This document shows positions 28,288 to 37,723 of a DNA stretch of 64,000 nt, piece after piece; the first letter of the stretch is position 1, and the number at the start of each line of letters is the position of its first letter. Origin of the DNA: Anaerolineae bacterium (GTDB taxonomy: Bacteria; Chloroflexota; Anaerolineae; Aggregatilineales; UBA3940). The stretch spans positions 741 to 64,740 of the forward strand of contig DAOTYH010000103.1 of the NCBI GenBank assembly GCA_034435015.1. The letters are read 5' to 3'. The translations under genes were made by a program, and so were the position numbers. A model generated the notes under the pieces. That model had not been told where the DNA came from, ran no database searches, and saw only the letters and a list, made by a program, of their open reading frames with translations.

Positions 28288-28842
28288 TTAAATTGAGCGC
28301 CCATGTGACCAAGTCAGCCACTCCCGCATTTGTGTATCGGCGGTGCGAATCTTGGCGGCCAGGTCGGCGGCCAGATTATGCATAAGGCGGTATCCTAGAT
28401 CGGGGTGTGCCTGACACAGTTCCATCAACTTGAGGCGTGGAATGACGACCAGCCTGGTATCCTGCTGACCGCAACGGGCTGAAGCAGAGCGGATTTCCTG
28501 ATCTACCAATGCCATTTCACCAAACGATTGTCCTCGACGCAGGGTGGTGATGATAATCTGCTCAGAAACTGAGCTTTCACCTGTCAGGGATGGGTCCATC
28601 AGGATGTCAACCTCCCCGTCAGCAATGATATACAGCTCATCGCTGGCCGATCCCTGTTCGATGATTATGTCGCCTGTATTGCACGTGATGAGCGTGCTGA
28701 TCGAGGCGACCAGCTCCAGTTGTTCTGTCATAAGGTTCTCAAATATTTCGGCTTGTTTGAGAATTGCCGGTATGGAGGTAAAGTCTTTCATCGCTCGGCC
28801 ATTATCTGAAATCCACTTCTTGTCACGTAAGCATTCTATCAT
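28288..28842 (-). CDS. Cyclic-nucleotide-binding domain protein (stand-alone CAP-effector-like)
   Basis: GDIIIEQGSASDELYIIADGEV...RGQSFGEMALV...RSASARC matches the cNMP-binding beta-barrel and phosphate-binding cassette. No obvious output domain. Confidence 0.7.
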   Translation of the reverse strand: MIECLRDKKWISDNGRAMKDFTSIPAILKQAEIFENLMTEQLELVASISTLITCNTGDIIIEQGSASDELYIIADGEVDILMDPSLTGESSVSEQIIITTLRRGQSFGEMALVDQEIRSASARCGQQDTRLVVIPRLKLMELCQAHPDLGYRLMHNLAADLAAKIRTADTQMREWLTWSHGRSI

Positions 28843-28878
28843 GTCCGCTTAGGTGAGGCAATCAAAGAGAGGATCGTT

Positions 28879-29247
28879 GTGTCTGCTGTTGAACGAGGAT
28901 CCTGGGGCGAGGACCTTGCCATCTGTGCACTAGAGGCACACCACTATGTGGTTGTGGGGCGCAACTGGCGTTGCCGCGCAGGTGAAATTGATATAGTAGC
29001 GCGCGATGGTGAGACGTGGGTTTTTGTAGAAGTTAAGTTGAGACAAGGTGAGTCACACGGATTGCCGGAAGAAGCGGTGACGCCCTCCAAGCAGAACCGG
29101 CTTTTGCAGGCTGTAGAGATGTACTTTGATGCACACAACCTTCATGATGTGCCGTCGCGGATAGATGTGGTAGCGATCAGCTTGGGGCCAAGCGGCAAGG
29201 TACGCCGGCTGACTATCTACCAGGACGCGGTAAGGGCAGATGGATAA
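28879..29247 (+). CDS. yraN: YraN-family (UPF0102) endonuclease-like protein
   Basis: GEIDIVARDGETWVFVEVKLR is the typical YraN core. Confidence 0.8.
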   Translation: MSAVERGSWGEDLAICALEAHHYVVVGRNWRCRAGEIDIVARDGETWVFVEVKLRQGESHGLPEEAVTPSKQNRLLQAVEMYFDAHNLHDVPSRIDVVAISLGPSGKVRRLTIYQDAVRADG

Positions 29248-30166
29248 GGCGCCCCTTGTTGTGATCGTAGGGCCTACCGGTGTCGGCAAGACGGCGGTTG
29301 CAGTCCAACTGGCGCAGGCCCTGAACGGCGAGATCGTTTCTGCCGACTCGCGGCAGGTCTATCGCCGGATGGATATTGGCACAGCCAAGCCCACCCCTGA
29401 GGAGTGCCGTTTAGCTCCTCATCATCTGATCAATATTCTTGACCCGGATGAGGAGCTGACTGTAGAGGATTTCCAAATCAGGGCCTACAGTGCCATCGAG
29501 CATATACAGGCTAAGGGGAAACTCCCATTGCTGGTTGGGGGTAGTGGTCAGTATATACGTGCTGTTGTGGAGGGATGGGTCATCCCGCGCGTTCCGCCTC
29601 AACCTGCGTTGCGGGCCGATCTGGAAACGTTTGCTGATGTCTATGGCGCGACTGCTCTTCATGCCCGTCTGGCAAAATATGACCCGGTTGCGGCGGAATC
29701 AATTGATTGGCGCAATGTGAGGCGGGTAGTACGAGCACTAGAGGTGTACATGACAACCGGCCAGCCGATCACGGTTCTTCAGGCGCGGCGCACGCCGCTC
29801 TACCGTACCTTGCAGATTGGCTTGACGCGTCCCCGCCAGCTACTCTATAGCCGAGTTGATGCACGGATTGACCAGATGATGGCTGATGGACTGTTGGATG
29901 AAGTGCGCTCTTTAATGGAGGCAGGCTATGACAGGAGGCTGCCTTCCATGAGTAGTCTTGGCTATGCCCAACTGGGGTCTTATCTGCGAGGGGAAATCAC
30001 GCTTGAGCAGGCTATAGCGCTAATCCGGCGCGAGACGCGGCGCTTCATCCGGCAACAATACACATGGTTTCGGCTGGATGATCCCTCCATAACATGGTTC
30101 GATCTAGAGGTAACGCCGATCTCGTTGATCATAGACGCAGTAGAGCATTGGCTGGCGGAAAGTTAG
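29240..30166 (+). CDS. miaA: tRNA dimethylallyltransferase MiaA
   Basis: P-loop GPTGVGKT, SADSRQVYRRMDIGTAKP, LVGGSGQY. Confidence 0.92.
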   Translation: MDKAPLVVIVGPTGVGKTAVAVQLAQALNGEIVSADSRQVYRRMDIGTAKPTPEECRLAPHHLINILDPDEELTVEDFQIRAYSAIEHIQAKGKLPLLVGGSGQYIRAVVEGWVIPRVPPQPALRADLETFADVYGATALHARLAKYDPVAAESIDWRNVRRVVRALEVYMTTGQPITVLQARRTPLYRTLQIGLTRPRQLLYSRVDARIDQMMADGLLDEVRSLMEAGYDRRLPSMSSLGYAQLGSYLRGEITLEQAIALIRRETRRFIRQQYTWFRLDDPSITWFDLEVTPISLIIDAVEHWLAES

Positions 30167-32436
30167 GGATGTCCCATTTCAATCACAATTTCTGCTGGTG
30201 AAGGCTGGTTTCTAAAGACGGTGAAATTGTCTTCGACGATGGTAGTGTACCCCTCAGCAAAGACATACACCGTGTAGTAGTTGCCGCGTGTCAGCCCTCT
30301 GGGGAGCACGAAACGTCCTTCGCGGTCAGTAATGGCCTGTGTCATGATTTCCGATTCGTTCCATGTAAATTGAGGGGACTCTAGTGCTACATCCAACACA
30401 GCTACCAACGCACCGGGGATACCTTCGCCGGTCAAGGCATCAACAACTGTGCCTGAAATCCTGACCTCGTTTGCCTCCTCAGGGATACCACTGATGGGTT
30501 GTGTGCCGCTACCAATAGTGGCGTTGAGTGAGAACATGGGGCGGTTGCCAACTACAACTTCGACGGCATAGCTTCCCTCTGGGAGCGGCTTGTTAGCACT
30601 CAAGCTGACCCAGAAGCGCTGGCCGACCCCGCCGGCATCCCATAGCTGTGTGCTGGAGGCAACCAGCCGTCCGTCTAAAAACCAACGGTAGGTCCAGGGA
30701 ATACCGTTGGGCATGAGGTCCCAATCTACAAAGGCATATAAGCTGGAGATGCCCAAAGGCATTACCGAGCTGCACTGAGTGGCCGGCAGTCCATCACGTG
30801 TGATGTCGCTTACCATACAGGGATTCGAGAAAATAAGGGACTCTTCTTGGGAGGATCGGTTACCAGCCAGAGTCACATCACCAGTGGCCGCCAAGCGCTG
30901 TCCGATGTACAGCTCAAGGCGATACGTTCCAAGAGGGAGGCCTTGGTAGTTGATGGCACTAACAGTGGCTTGTCCGCTCTCTCCTTGATCCCACAGCCGT
31001 GTCGTGCGGAAGACTTCAGTCCCATCCAAGTACCACACCTCTGTCCAGTCTTGTCCATCCTGCATCCCTTCAAAGCTGAAGCGGGCATCAAGCTGGGTGA
31101 CCAGAGCGGGCAGGAGAGTGCCTGTTGAGAGAAAGTCACCTGAACTGCTTGGGATGCCAAAGGTGAGGTCGCTGAAAGCCGGCTCGCTGGATGTGCCGCC
31201 TATTGAGATGGAGCTTGCCGCGACAGGTTGGCCGTTTAGCAGGAGGGTAAATTCATAATTGCCGTCAGGCCAGATTACGTTTTCTGTGCCTACATACCAT
31301 GTTCCTTTACGTCCACCGCCCCAAGCCAGTGGCCCTAGGCTAAACTGGGGCATGTCTAGGCCGTCCTTTGTGACACGTACCTCATAGGGAATGCCTGTTT
31401 GCATATTATCGTAATCAAAGAAGAAAAACAGGCTGGATACACCGCTTGGCAGGGTGGATACAATGCGGGTTGGCACACCGAAATCACTCACACCAGTCGA
31501 GAAGAAGGGACGTGTGAAAGTCGGGGGGGCGGATGGTGTGATACTGGGAATACCGCTGGCATGGCGCAAGATGAAGCCATTCTTTGCCGACTCGATCAGA
31601 GGTAGAGCAAAAAAAATGGGACGTACGGCAGTAACAGGCCCTCCAATAGGCACACAGGCGTCTCGATCGTTGATCACCCCGTCGCGGGTATTATCTTGGA
31701 TGCTCAGACACATAGGTCCTGCTTCTGTTCCGGCAGTAGCTGGTGCGCTGGTGGGTATGCCAACCAACAGCCCGTTCGTGTCATAAGCGCCCCCTCCGCT
31801 CATTCCCCCGCCGAGAGCGGCGTCAGTACGGAACCATGCTAACCTGCTACCGCTTTTTTCAGTCGTTATCGAGGTGATTAATCCTTCTATGGAAGTAACG
31901 CTTGTTGAGCCAATGTCAGGGTAACCGACAAATGTCAATGAGTTACCGGGCAACAGCCTAGAAGAGTCTCCTATGGAGACAAAGGGAAGGTTAAGGGTTT
32001 GCGGATCGATCAGACTGCCGTCAAGTGCGCCCGTGATCTGTAAGATGGCCAGATCAAGCTGAGGATCACTCTGCACTACCTCAGCAACATAAGTAGGGAC
32101 AGGAGGTTCGTCCAGCCTGACGGGCAGGGCGACTACAATGCGCTCACCCCTGCATGGCCCTGAGGTGCCCGCTAGGTGGGCGTTGGTCAGGATCAGGCCT
32201 GTGGCGCTGATCAAGGTTCCTGACCCCACGCAGGAGAGTGTCTGTGAGCCGGCTACATCATACGTTTGTGTCAAAAACACAGAGGCCCGCTGAGCAGTGA
32301 GTATTGCGCCCGTGTTGTTCTGTGCGATGGCTGAGCTGACCAGCGTCAGAGTGGCCAGCAGGAAGATCACAGTCGCTAACAGCCGGTAGCGCCTTTGAAA
32401 TGTTGCGCTGGTTGTATCGTAGAGATTCGTGGTCAT
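30163..32436 (-). CDS. Membrane-anchored trypsin-like (S1) serine protease with three tandem ~100-aa beta-sandwich repeats and a C-terminal CarboxypepD_reg-like domain
   Basis: Triad context LTNAHL, DLAILQI, GGMSGGGAYD. Three similar repeats (YEVRVTKDG..., WTEVWYLDGTEV..., WTYRWFLDGRLV...). C-terminal RISGTVVDALTGEGIPGALVAV...REGRFVL. Start is either 32436 or 32493. Confidence 0.75.
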   Translation of the reverse strand: MTTNLYDTTSATFQRRYRLLATVIFLLATLTLVSSAIAQNNTGAILTAQRASVFLTQTYDVAGSQTLSCVGSGTLISATGLILTNAHLAGTSGPCRGERIVVALPVRLDEPPVPTYVAEVVQSDPQLDLAILQITGALDGSLIDPQTLNLPFVSIGDSSRLLPGNSLTFVGYPDIGSTSVTSIEGLITSITTEKSGSRLAWFRTDAALGGGMSGGGAYDTNGLLVGIPTSAPATAGTEAGPMCLSIQDNTRDGVINDRDACVPIGGPVTAVRPIFFALPLIESAKNGFILRHASGIPSITPSAPPTFTRPFFSTGVSDFGVPTRIVSTLPSGVSSLFFFFDYDNMQTGIPYEVRVTKDGLDMPQFSLGPLAWGGGRKGTWYVGTENVIWPDGNYEFTLLLNGQPVAASSISIGGTSSEPAFSDLTFGIPSSSGDFLSTGTLLPALVTQLDARFSFEGMQDGQDWTEVWYLDGTEVFRTTRLWDQGESGQATVSAINYQGLPLGTYRLELYIGQRLAATGDVTLAGNRSSQEESLIFSNPCMVSDITRDGLPATQCSSVMPLGISSLYAFVDWDLMPNGIPWTYRWFLDGRLVASSTQLWDAGGVGQRFWVSLSANKPLPEGSYAVEVVVGNRPMFSLNATIGSGTQPISGIPEEANEVRISGTVVDALTGEGIPGALVAVLDVALESPQFTWNESEIMTQAITDREGRFVLPRGLTRGNYYTVYVFAEGYTTIVEDNFTVFRNQPSPAEIVIEMGHP

Positions 32437-32440
32437 CGGC

Positions 32441-33052
32441 TTAGTATTGTAAACTGGCAAGAAAACGGTCAAAGGCGGCTTGATTGGCCTCAAAAGAGCT
32501 TTGCTCAGCCATGTAGGTCACTACAATGGCTCGATTGCCGTCTAGGATCACTGTATCCGTACCCAGAACGACTACCGGCAGACGTTGGATGAATGGGTTG
32601 GGGTCTGCGTCAACAAAAGCAAAGCTCATGCGGGTTAGGTTAGTGCCCCCTCTGGCAACCTCGTCCACACTCAGTACCCGGTAAGCTGACAGGTCAATAG
32701 AACGCTGAAGTGTCAGGTTGTCTAAAATATTACGGATGGTGCTCTGACTTCCAACCGGGATGATGGTGATCAGGTACTGGGTCTTAAAGGGCCTGGCTCT
32801 AGGATCACGGATGCGCACAAGGTAACTGCCGCGCTCGTCAACCAGCCACCCTGCCGGGTAAGAAGCCTGTATTCCCGCTTGCTGGTTCACATAAAGCCAT
32901 GTTCGCCCTTGATCACGCTGACGGATAAGAAGCCCCAGCAAGACACTGCCAACCGCCAGCGCAATGACCAAAACAGCGGCGAATTGGTCATTCTTAGTCA
33001 GAGATGGTGCTGGCTCTTGAAAGAGTTCTTCTTCCTGCATGTGATCACTCAT
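32441..33052 (-). CDS. Hypothetical single-pass membrane protein
   Basis: TM helix FAAVLVIALAVGSVLLGLLI followed by a ~150-aa ectodomain. It overlaps both neighbours and is presumably co-translated with them. Confidence 0.4.
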   Translation of the reverse strand: MSDHMQEEELFQEPAPSLTKNDQFAAVLVIALAVGSVLLGLLIRQRDQGRTWLYVNQQAGIQASYPAGWLVDERGSYLVRIRDPRARPFKTQYLITIIPVGSQSTIRNILDNLTLQRSIDLSAYRVLSVDEVARGGTNLTRMSFAFVDADPNPFIQRLPVVVLGTDTVILDGNRAIVVTYMAEQSSFEANQAAFDRFLASLQY

Positions 33053-34052
33053 TCAACATCTGCTCTATACGTGCCTTAGTCAGAGCATTGTGGCGTCTGA
33101 AAAGTCCATAGACAGCGCCAAAAGAAAGGGCTAGAACCAGTGTGACGACTACCAATCCAGGCCATGGGCTGAATCCGCTTTGATCGAAACTAAGCTGGAT
33201 GTTGTTCAGCTCACTGCCTGCATAGAGCAGTAGGCCGTTGACTGTGGCGGCAAGCACAAAGCCAAGGCCGAGATAGAAAAAGGGTAGGTTCTCGAAACGG
33301 TTCCGGCCTAGAAAATATCCGATTATCAGGCTGGCTGATAGATAGGCTCCCGTCTGGGTGATCAGCCTCAAACTGCCATTGAGCAGGGTTACTCCTCCCT
33401 GATCGAGAACGAACAGGAAATTGAGGGCCGAAGTATATCCCCACGCGGCGGCCAGCCCATACAGCACGCCGTCCACACGGCGTGTGAAGGCCGGTGTCTG
33501 CCAGACGGTGTAACGTACAAGGGTGTAGAGCACAAAGGCGTGGATGGCTCCACCGATCAAGATGCTACCAAGAAAGCGATTGGAAGGCGTGGTGCTAGTC
33601 AGCCAGTCATCTAGGTTGATCAGAGAATAGAGGAAAGGCCGCACAATAGCCGCCGCAACCAAGGCGGCGAGTGTGAAAACGACTAATACGAGGTTAGGTA
33701 TCTCAGTGCGAGTCCGGGCGGCACTTCGGTAAACGAAGAACAGCCATCCTAGCGCTGGTAAGACTGACAGGCTTGCACTGATAATGAAGCGGATAGTTCC
33801 TTGTGGCTCGCGGGGTAGAAATTGTCCTGCTATACCAATTCCTAAAATGGTAAGAAGCAGAAAGCCAAACATCCATGCACTAGCTTGCCATACTGGCGGT
33901 ATATCTTGAGCGAAAGCGGCCAGATGGTCTTGGCAGTAATAGCGTTGCCCGTACTCTTTGGGTTGTCTCAAGGGGCGGCCGCATATGGCGCAATGTACTA
34001 GGGGCTTTATGTTCATGCCCGCCATTTTACCTGTGTCTAGAGTGTGTTTCAA
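33045..34052 (-). CDS. Polytopic membrane protein with N-terminal zinc-ribbon-like motif
   Basis: CAICGRPL...YYCQDH followed by about 8 hydrophobic segments. I could not see clear PrsW/CPBP catalytic motifs. Confidence 0.4.
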   Translation of the reverse strand: MKHTLDTGKMAGMNIKPLVHCAICGRPLRQPKEYGQRYYCQDHLAAFAQDIPPVWQASAWMFGFLLLTILGIGIAGQFLPREPQGTIRFIISASLSVLPALGWLFFVYRSAARTRTEIPNLVLVVFTLAALVAAAIVRPFLYSLINLDDWLTSTTPSNRFLGSILIGGAIHAFVLYTLVRYTVWQTPAFTRRVDGVLYGLAAAWGYTSALNFLFVLDQGGVTLLNGSLRLITQTGAYLSASLIIGYFLGRNRFENLPFFYLGLGFVLAATVNGLLLYAGSELNNIQLSFDQSGFSPWPGLVVVTLVLALSFGAVYGLFRRHNALTKARIEQMLNE

Positions 34053-34152
34053 TTAGATGTAGATGCAGGTTTTGGTTGCCTCTGCCTCAGTACCGTATAC
34101 TCTTAAGCGGAGTCTGACTCTCTGACAGAATTAGGAGAGGGGAGTTCCTAAC

Positions 34153-35754
34153 GTGGAAAAGCAGAAAGGTCTGTTACAGGCGCTTGTTTCCGTTGTTGTT
34201 CTGACCATGTTGGCTGGATGCGGTGCAGTGTCTGAGGAGGCTGAGACAACAGAGTTTGTTTATGGGCTGACACTTGTCCCATCAGGCATTGACCCCCATA
34301 TCCACGCTTCGGCTGAACTGGGGATACCACTACGAAGTGTCTATGACACACTCATCTATCGTGATGCGGAAACCTTGGAGTTTGTACCCGGACTTGCTGA
34401 GTCATGGCAAATCAGCCCCGACGGCTTGACCTACACTTTCACTTTGCGTCAGGACGTCGTGTTTCATGATGGTACCCCCTTCAATGCAGAGGCTGTGAGG
34501 GTCAATATTGAGCGCATCCTCAATCCGGCCACTAACTCCCTCAAAGCCGCTCAACTGCTTGGCCCTGTTGAGCGGGTTGAAGTGCTTGATGATTATCATG
34601 TCTCAATCATTCTGTCTCAGCCGTTCGTGCCACTTCTGGATGGGTTAAGCCAACCCTATTTGGGGATGGCGTCCCCCAAAGCTCTGGCGGAGTGGGATAC
34701 AGCGACTTATCAGTTTCATCAGGTTGGGACTGGCCCCTATCGCTTTGTTGAATACGTGGTCAACGACCGGCTGGTTCTGGAGCGCAACCCAGACTACGCG
34801 TGGGGGCCTTCTGTGGTGACCAATCCGGGGGTTCCAGCAGTTGATCGGATCGTGTTTCGATTTTATCCTGATCCCGCCTCACGGGCGTTAGCCCTCCAAA
34901 GTGGTGATGTTCAGATCGTAGGCGAGGTTTTGCCTACCGATGCCCGTCAGTTTGCTGAGGAGCACACCGTACAGGTTGAACAGGTTCCTATCCCTGGCCA
35001 ACCGTTGGAGTTTTTCTTCAATACAACGCGGACCCCAACCAACAGTCTGGCTGTTCGTCAGGCGTTGATCTTAGCGACGGATCGTCAGGCTATTGTGCGA
35101 TCAGTGTTTCAAGGGTATTCACCTATCGCCTATGGGCCGCTAAGCTCCTCTACGCTTTACTATGATCCAGCGGTAGAGGGACGATATGCCTATGATCCGG
35201 TGCAGGCAGTGGCGCTCTTTAACTCGACAGGTTGGGTTGACAGCAATGGGGATGGCTGGCGAGACGAGAGTGGCGTCCCCCTCCAAATTAAGGTGGTAAT
35301 CCCCCCGTGGGGGTTAATCCCAGAGGTGGCACAATTGATCGAGAACCAATGGGAGACTACTTTACAGGTGCAGGTTCAGATTGAACAAGTTGCCTCCTTC
35401 CCTATGTTGAGTGATGCCGCCGCTTCAGGAGATTATCAAGTCATCTCGCTTAATTTCTTCGGCTTGGACCCGGTGGTATTAAACGGGAGTTATCTATCTA
35501 CGGGTAGCCGGAATTGGTCCCATGTATCAGACCCTCAGCTCGATGGGTGGCTTTTAGCGGCTCAAGCTGAGATGGATACTGGGCGGAGGGCCACGCTATA
35601 TGCTCAGATTCAGCAACGAATCATGGATCAGGCTCTTGTGTTGCCCATACGCGAATACGTGAACCTGATTGGGGTACAATCTGGCATTCAGGGCCTGCAT
35701 TTTGATGCCCAGGGCTGGTTTCCTTACTTGACTGATCTAGAGCTTGGTTCATGA
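34153..35754 (+). CDS. ABC transporter substrate-binding lipoprotein, family 5 (peptide/nickel/oligosaccharide; DppA/OppA-like)
   Basis: LAGC lipobox and an SBP_bac_5-like pattern ([44 protein letters not shown]). GTG start follows AGGAGAGGGGAG. Confidence 0.8.
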   Translation: MEKQKGLLQALVSVVVLTMLAGCGAVSEEAETTEFVYGLTLVPSGIDPHIHASAELGIPLRSVYDTLIYRDAETLEFVPGLAESWQISPDGLTYTFTLRQDVVFHDGTPFNAEAVRVNIERILNPATNSLKAAQLLGPVERVEVLDDYHVSIILSQPFVPLLDGLSQPYLGMASPKALAEWDTATYQFHQVGTGPYRFVEYVVNDRLVLERNPDYAWGPSVVTNPGVPAVDRIVFRFYPDPASRALALQSGDVQIVGEVLPTDARQFAEEHTVQVEQVPIPGQPLEFFFNTTRTPTNSLAVRQALILATDRQAIVRSVFQGYSPIAYGPLSSSTLYYDPAVEGRYAYDPVQAVALFNSTGWVDSNGDGWRDESGVPLQIKVVIPPWGLIPEVAQLIENQWETTLQVQVQIEQVASFPMLSDAAASGDYQVISLNFFGLDPVVLNGSYLSTGSRNWSHVSDPQLDGWLLAAQAEMDTGRRATLYAQIQQRIMDQALVLPIREYVNLIGVQSGIQGLHFDAQGWFPYLTDLELGS

Positions 35755-35769
35755 ACAGACTGTAGGGCT

Positions 35770-36696
35770 GTGGCGCAATATATCCTTCGTCGGCTTTTGG
35801 GTGTGCTCCTTTCATTGTGGGCGGCTGTTACGTTGGCCTTTCTGGCCCTGCGTGTTGTGCCCGGCGACCCGGTTGAGGCGGCGCTGTCTCAGAGCATTGC
35901 CTCGCAGGATGTGCTGGAACGACGTCGGGCGGCGCTTGGTCTCGATTTACCCTTGCCGGTACAGTACGGTCGGTATCTCTTGGGGCTGGTACGCGGTGAT
36001 CTTGGTGTTTCGTGGTTGGGTGGTCAACCAGTCGGCCTGCTGATTGGACAGCAGATTGGGGCTACTTTCAGTTTAGCCTGTACCGGCATGGCGGTAGCAC
36101 TTGTGCTGGGGGTTGCTCTTGGTGTAGCTGGAGCCGCAGGGCGAGGGGGATGGATATCTGAGTTCAGCCGCATGGCAGTCAGTTTTCTACTGGCTTTACC
36201 CCCAATGTTCTCAGGTATTCTGCTGATCTGGGTCTTTGCTGTGCTTCTGGGTTGGTTTCCTGCTACAGGGCAGGGGGATATGCGCCATCTTATATTACCC
36301 GCCATGGTGATAGGCCTCAGTGTGGCAGGTGGAATAGCGCGCGCTGTTGATGCTGGTGTGGGGGATGCGCTGGCACAACCCTTTGTACGTACTGCGAGGG
36401 CAAAAGGGTTGATGCCTTTCACTGCGCTTTGGAGGCACGCATTGCGGGTAGGGTTCTTGCCGGCTCTCGATGTTATTGCACTTCAGTTTGGGTTCCTGCT
36501 GGGGGGAACAGTGATCACAGAGAGTTTGTTTGCCCGGCAGGGGCTTGGCCGTGTGATGCTCTCGGCTGTGCTCAACAAAGACTTGCCTGTTGTTCTGGGG
36601 GTTGTTGTTCTGGCGGCGGCGGTCTATGGACTGCTAAATCTGGCGGCAGATGTTGTTCATGCATGGCTTGACCCCCGTATCCGTTTCGGGATATGA
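35770..36696 (+). CDS. ABC transporter permease (DppB/OppB-like)
   Basis: N-terminal YILRRLL and a BPD_transp_1 EAA-like loop (FVRTARAKGL). Confidence 0.85.
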   Translation: MAQYILRRLLGVLLSLWAAVTLAFLALRVVPGDPVEAALSQSIASQDVLERRRAALGLDLPLPVQYGRYLLGLVRGDLGVSWLGGQPVGLLIGQQIGATFSLACTGMAVALVLGVALGVAGAAGRGGWISEFSRMAVSFLLALPPMFSGILLIWVFAVLLGWFPATGQGDMRHLILPAMVIGLSVAGGIARAVDAGVGDALAQPFVRTARAKGLMPFTALWRHALRVGFLPALDVIALQFGFLLGGTVITESLFARQGLGRVMLSAVLNKDLPVVLGVVVLAAAVYGLLNLAADVVHAWLDPRIRFGI

Positions 36697-37574
36697 AGAA
36701 AACAAGATATAAGCGGTTCCTCTGGGCGAGTGTGTTGTTTGCTATTGCGAGTCTGGCCGTACTTGCTCCCTTGGTGGCTGTCCACGATCCAATGGAGACC
36801 GAACCTGCCAACCAATTCTCTTCACCCGGTAGTGAACATCTTTTGGGGACTGACCAGTTCGGCCGGGATGTATTCAGCCGTACTGTGTGGGGGGCGCGCC
36901 ACAGCCTGACCAGTGCGTTCCTATCAGCGGGAATTGCGATTGGGATCGGGCTTGTCATTGGCGGTGTGGCAGGTTCTGTTGGGGGTCGTACAGACTGGGT
37001 GTTGATGCGCGGTGTAGATGTATTGTTTGCGTTTCCTAGTTTGCTACTGGCGATGGCACTGGTTGCCATGTTGGGGGTGGGAACTTGGCAGGTAGCAATG
37101 GCGGTAGGTGTCTCACTTGCCCCTACCTATAGCCGCGTTGTGCGTACTGCCGTGCTGTCCGTGAAGAGCCAGCTCTTTATTGAAGCGGCACGAGCGCTTG
37201 GGGCTGCGCCTTGGTGGATAATATGGAGGCATTTACTGCCTAATGCGGCTGGTCAGATCAGCTCGTTTGCAACGGTGATCTATGCTTGGTCTCTACTTAA
37301 TATTGCCGCGCTAGATTTTCTTGGGTTGACGGGATCACCCTCTCTGCCTACGTGGGGGCGGATGTTAAACGAAGGGCGATCTTTTCTGCGCATTGCGCCG
37401 TGGATTTCGCTAGGGCCGGGTATCATGCTGACTTTGAGCGTGCTTGCAGTGGCAGGCCTCAGTGATGGCTGGCTTAGAGGCACGATAATAGGAGTAAAAA
37501 CGAAAAATGCCGCCGAAAGGGTGGCAGCACTTTTCGTTGAGGAGGAGAAGAAGGCGTCCGCATCCTCAAGGTAG
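36693..37574 (+). CDS. ABC transporter permease (DppC/OppC-like)
   Basis: HLLGTDQFGRDVFSR and FIEAARALGA motifs. ATGA overlap with the upstream permease. Confidence 0.85.
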   Translation: MKKTRYKRFLWASVLFAIASLAVLAPLVAVHDPMETEPANQFSSPGSEHLLGTDQFGRDVFSRTVWGARHSLTSAFLSAGIAIGIGLVIGGVAGSVGGRTDWVLMRGVDVLFAFPSLLLAMALVAMLGVGTWQVAMAVGVSLAPTYSRVVRTAVLSVKSQLFIEAARALGAAPWWIIWRHLLPNAAGQISSFATVIYAWSLLNIAALDFLGLTGSPSLPTWGRMLNEGRSFLRIAPWISLGPGIMLTLSVLAVAGLSDGWLRGTIIGVKTKNAAERVAALFVEEEKKASASSR

Positions 37575-37723
37575 CATAGTTTCTGATCAATATGTTGACG
37601 CGAATGCGTCGTTTGCTCTACGCTAGAGCTACGCTCAGACTTGGTGTACATTGCGGGCGTCTCACACGGCGGGGTATACTCGGCTGGAGGTTTGCTCTGA
37701 GATAAAAGGTTGTGTGTTTGAAT

